Assembly (NCBI GenBank): GCA_040753675.1
Contig: JBFMEB010000011.1
Coordinates: 1-56,647 of the forward strand
Length of the DNA stretch: 56,647 bases
From: Candidatus Omnitrophota bacterium
Lineage (GTDB): Bacteria; Omnitrophota; Gorgyraeia; JAHJTE01
Direction: 5' to 3'
A program made the translations under genes and the position numbers. Below, piece by piece: positions 54,492-56,647 of this stretch; the first letter of the stretch is position 1, and each line of letters starts with the position of its first letter. Below the pieces are notes generated by a model. It saw only the letters and a program-made list of their open reading frames with translations. It did not search any database and was not told the origin of the DNA.

Positions 54492-55730
54492 CTAAAAAGA
54501 TTTTTCAACAGGATATCCGGCATTCTCCCATGCACCGTATCCATCTTCAAAGACCTTGATGTTGCCTTGCTTATAACCTTTCTTGATTAATATTCTACCA
54601 GCGCTTCTACTTGCCTCACAACTTCCTCCATCCCAAGTGCCCTCACAGTATAACACAATCTCTTTATCCTGAGGAATTTCTATAAATCTTGCCTCTATCT
54701 CTGAAAGTGGGATGCCTAATGCTCCCTTTACATGTCCACGTTTATAATCTTCGTTCTCTCGTACATCCACCCAGACTATGTCCTTAAACAAAAGATAATA
54801 ATTCTCATAGGCTTCTTCCAAATGTATAATAGCTGGTTCTTCACTCGGCAGTAATTTAGGCCCTCTTACTAAAGGCAGATTTTCCTTTTCCCACAAAGAT
54901 ATCCCGTCTAAGTTATAGGCATTGTAACCCGCCTCTCTTAATTTCTTAGCTACATAACTGCTTCTGTGCCCTGCGCCACAGTAAGTAACTACCATTGCTT
55001 TTTTATCTATCCCTTGTAATTTTTTAAGCACATCCTGATCTTGTTTATCAAACTTGCTCTTAGGAAACCAGATTGCATTAGGAATATGTTTACCTTTATA
55101 TTCATTTTCTTCTCTTACATCTAAAACAACAACCTTCTCTTTCTTTTGAAGACGAGAATACAATTCTTTTGAAGTTATTTTAGGTGGAGGCTGAACTTCC
55201 TGTGCACTGATAACTCTGTTTTGTTTCTTTAGGGTTTCTTTTGGTTTTATATCTGCATCAAAATCTACATATACTGAAACTGTTTTAAAATGTTGCTTGG
55301 GGTCATTCGACTCAATATAAACATCGCGTTTTATTTTTCCTTGCGCCTTTATTTCTTTAAGGTCAAGATTAACTACAAGTTCTGTGGCCTCACCAGCATA
55401 TAATTTTTTATGTGTTGTACTTGCAGTGGTGCAACCGCAAGACGTAGTAATATGTTTAATCTCTAGCGTTTCTTTTCCCAGATTTTTTACATTAAATTTA
55501 TGCGTCAAGACTTGGGCTTTAGTTACTCTGCCAAAATCCCAAGATTCTGGTGTAATCTCTATTTTAGGTGCCTTAATGATTTCTCTTTCTTCTGCATGTT
55601 TTTTGTGTGCACCCATAGTTGAACAACCATGTGGCATCATAGGTAAAAAAAAGCAAAAAGCCGCAATCCCTGTTATATAGCTTCTAAAGCTAATTTGCGA
55701 CTTAATAATCTTATTCACAGCCATTATCAA
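54492..55730 (-). CDS. Exported (possibly lipoprotein) DUF1573 + two rhodanese domains
   Basis: WDFG..TSCGCT; LDVRE..EY...HIPNA..YCGAGHRS; VDVRE..GHVKGA..YCEG...GY.AW. Confidence 0.85.
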   Translation of the reverse strand: MIMAVNKIIKSQISFRSYITGIAAFCFFLPMMPHGCSTMGAHKKHAEEREIIKAPKIEITPESWDFGRVTKAQVLTHKFNVKNLGKETLEIKHITTSCGCTTASTTHKKLYAGEATELVVNLDLKEIKAQGKIKRDVYIESNDPKQHFKTVSVYVDFDADIKPKETLKKQNRVISAQEVQPPPKITSKELYSRLQKKEKVVVLDVREENEYKGKHIPNAIWFPKSKFDKQDQDVLKKLQGIDKKAMVVTYCGAGHRSSYVAKKLREAGYNAYNLDGISLWEKENLPLVRGPKLLPSEEPAIIHLEEAYENYYLLFKDIVWVDVRENEDYKRGHVKGALGIPLSEIEARFIEIPQDKEIVLYCEGTWDGGSCEASRSAGRILIKKGYKQGNIKVFEDGYGAWENAGYPVEKSF

Positions 55731-56077
55731 TGATGATGCATCTGACTTGGCATCTCAGATTCTTCGCTAACTTTGCCTGATTTTGCTTTTAATTCTTCCT
55801 CTACCTTTTTGATATATTTTTCTGGGTCTTTTTTAAACTCCTCGATGCACATCGGGCAGCATAAATTATAAATTTTTCCCTTGTATTCATAGGTGGCTTT
55901 TGTCTCTGGCTTTATCTTCTCTCCAGAAACCGGACAAATCTGATTGCCAACGTCCACTGGTTGTGAAACCTCGGAGGCTGCTTCTATACTGCTTGTTGTT
56001 TCTTGGGCTTTAACTAACTGGTTGTTTAACAAAAGTGCTAAACTTGCCAAACCTAAAACTAAAAATATCCTTCTCAT
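55727..56077 (-). CDS. Exported YHS domain protein with a His-rich tail
   Basis: AGGAGG RBS before MRRIF; CPVSGE..YKGKIYNLCCPMC..F.KDPEKY; MHHH. Confidence 0.88.
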   Translation of the reverse strand: MRRIFLVLGLASLALLLNNQLVKAQETTSSIEAASEVSQPVDVGNQICPVSGEKIKPETKATYEYKGKIYNLCCPMCIEEFKKDPEKYIKKVEEELKAKSGKVSEESEMPSQMHHH

Positions 56078-56127
56078 TTGTTTTCCTCCTTTTTTGTTTT
56101 GATGCATTAAAACCAAATTGGTTTCGT

Positions 56128-56454
56128 TTAAATTTTCTTTATGTCCTTAGTGAGAAAATAACTCAGGATAGTCCTGATGATAACAATTGCCCCTAAAATC
56201 CCTAAGCCCTGCCAGGTTGGCGTAATGATTGTCTTTATAATGTCGCTGGCAATAAAAAACTCTAAAGCCAAAACCAGGTAACTGCCTAAGGTTATGCGTA
56301 TAGCTTCATTACATTTTACACAGTCCTCCTTTCTTAAAAATTCTTTCTTCAAAAAGGCGAGCAAGGAAATAATAATTCCCCAGATAGTAATCAATGCGCC
56401 GATGATGTTCAGGGCAAAACCAACCGCATTGATGAGATTATGAAACATATCCAT
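56128..56454 (-). CDS. DUF1622 family membrane protein
   Basis: LG.YL.LALEF.IASDIIKT..PT...L..LGAIV.IRT.LSYFL. Confidence 0.9.
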   Translation of the reverse strand: MDMFHNLINAVGFALNIIGALITIWGIIISLLAFLKKEFLRKEDCVKCNEAIRITLGSYLVLALEFFIASDIIKTIITPTWQGLGILGAIVIIRTILSYFLTKDIKKI

Positions 56455-56468
56455 AATCTAATCCTCCC

Positions 56469-56553
56469 TTTTTAATGAGCAGATAACTTACGGAACGTTA
56501 GTGACGTAAGTTATAGCGAAGCGTCTGCGAATTAAACCCAGCACTAATTTTAC
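56469..56553. repeat. Hairpin module plus terminal inverted repeat, homologous to 28527-28619
   Basis: TTTAATGAGCAGAT...GTCTGCGA.TTAAACCCAGCACT.ATTTTAC is shared, with compensatory changes in the stem. Confidence 0.85.
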
Positions 56554-56647
56554 AGCTCAAGCGACCTCTTAAGTCTGTTTTTAAGATGGGCTCTTGCTTG
56601 CCCATAGTGTTTTAATTTTCTTTCTCTATCTCTGGCGTCTAATTCAG
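56550..56647 (-). CDS. 3' end of a small GIY-YIG nuclease family gene (truncated by the window edge)
   Basis: ELDARDRERKLKHYGQARAHLKNRLKRSLEL-stop matches the A..RE..LK C-terminal helix of small GIY-YIG proteins. The N-terminal motif is not visible. Confidence 0.65.
   Translation of the reverse strand, partial: ELDARDRERKLKHYGQARAHLKNRLKRSLEL

Noticed and set aside
204-55680. All remaining plus-strand ORFs in the track
   Set aside because: They are short antisense shadows of minus-strand genes or repeats, with no recognisable domains.

Overview
AT-rich bacterial chromosomal segment. Every supportable gene is on the minus strand. The gene content (outer-membrane, TAT and TamB-like proteins, OFOR, FprA/rubredoxin) suggests a diderm anaerobe; Candidatus Omnitrophota-like is my impression only and was not tested. 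Left to right: (1) cell-surface-modification genes, three of them each followed by a dead copy of the 5' end of miaB, which looks like a cassette array built by repeated integration into miaB; (2) a TPP-riboswitch-controlled thi4-thiM-thiE operon; (3) GH57 glycogen genes; (4) a tightly packed run (REC proteins, pncA, amrS, nth, nadE, tal, pgi, dtd) headed by a c-di-GMP-I riboswitch; (5) a thiol/oxygen-detox cluster (trxB, glutaredoxin, ferritin-likes, rubredoxin, FprA, OFOR); (6) two ArsR modules; (7) ABC-F, a charged-repeat protein and MsrBA; (8) a metal/redox cluster rich in YHS/TRASH, DUF1573, CcmH-like and rhodanese domains, ending in the 3' end of a GIY-YIG nuclease gene. Short palindromic or repeat elements sit inside the conserved cores of both riboswitches, in frame in trxB, in a signal-peptide region and inside each other. 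One family shares a terminal inverted repeat with the GIY-YIG gene. No rRNA, tRNA, CRISPR array, transposase or integrase was found. All calls are by-eye motif recognition; no database searches were run.
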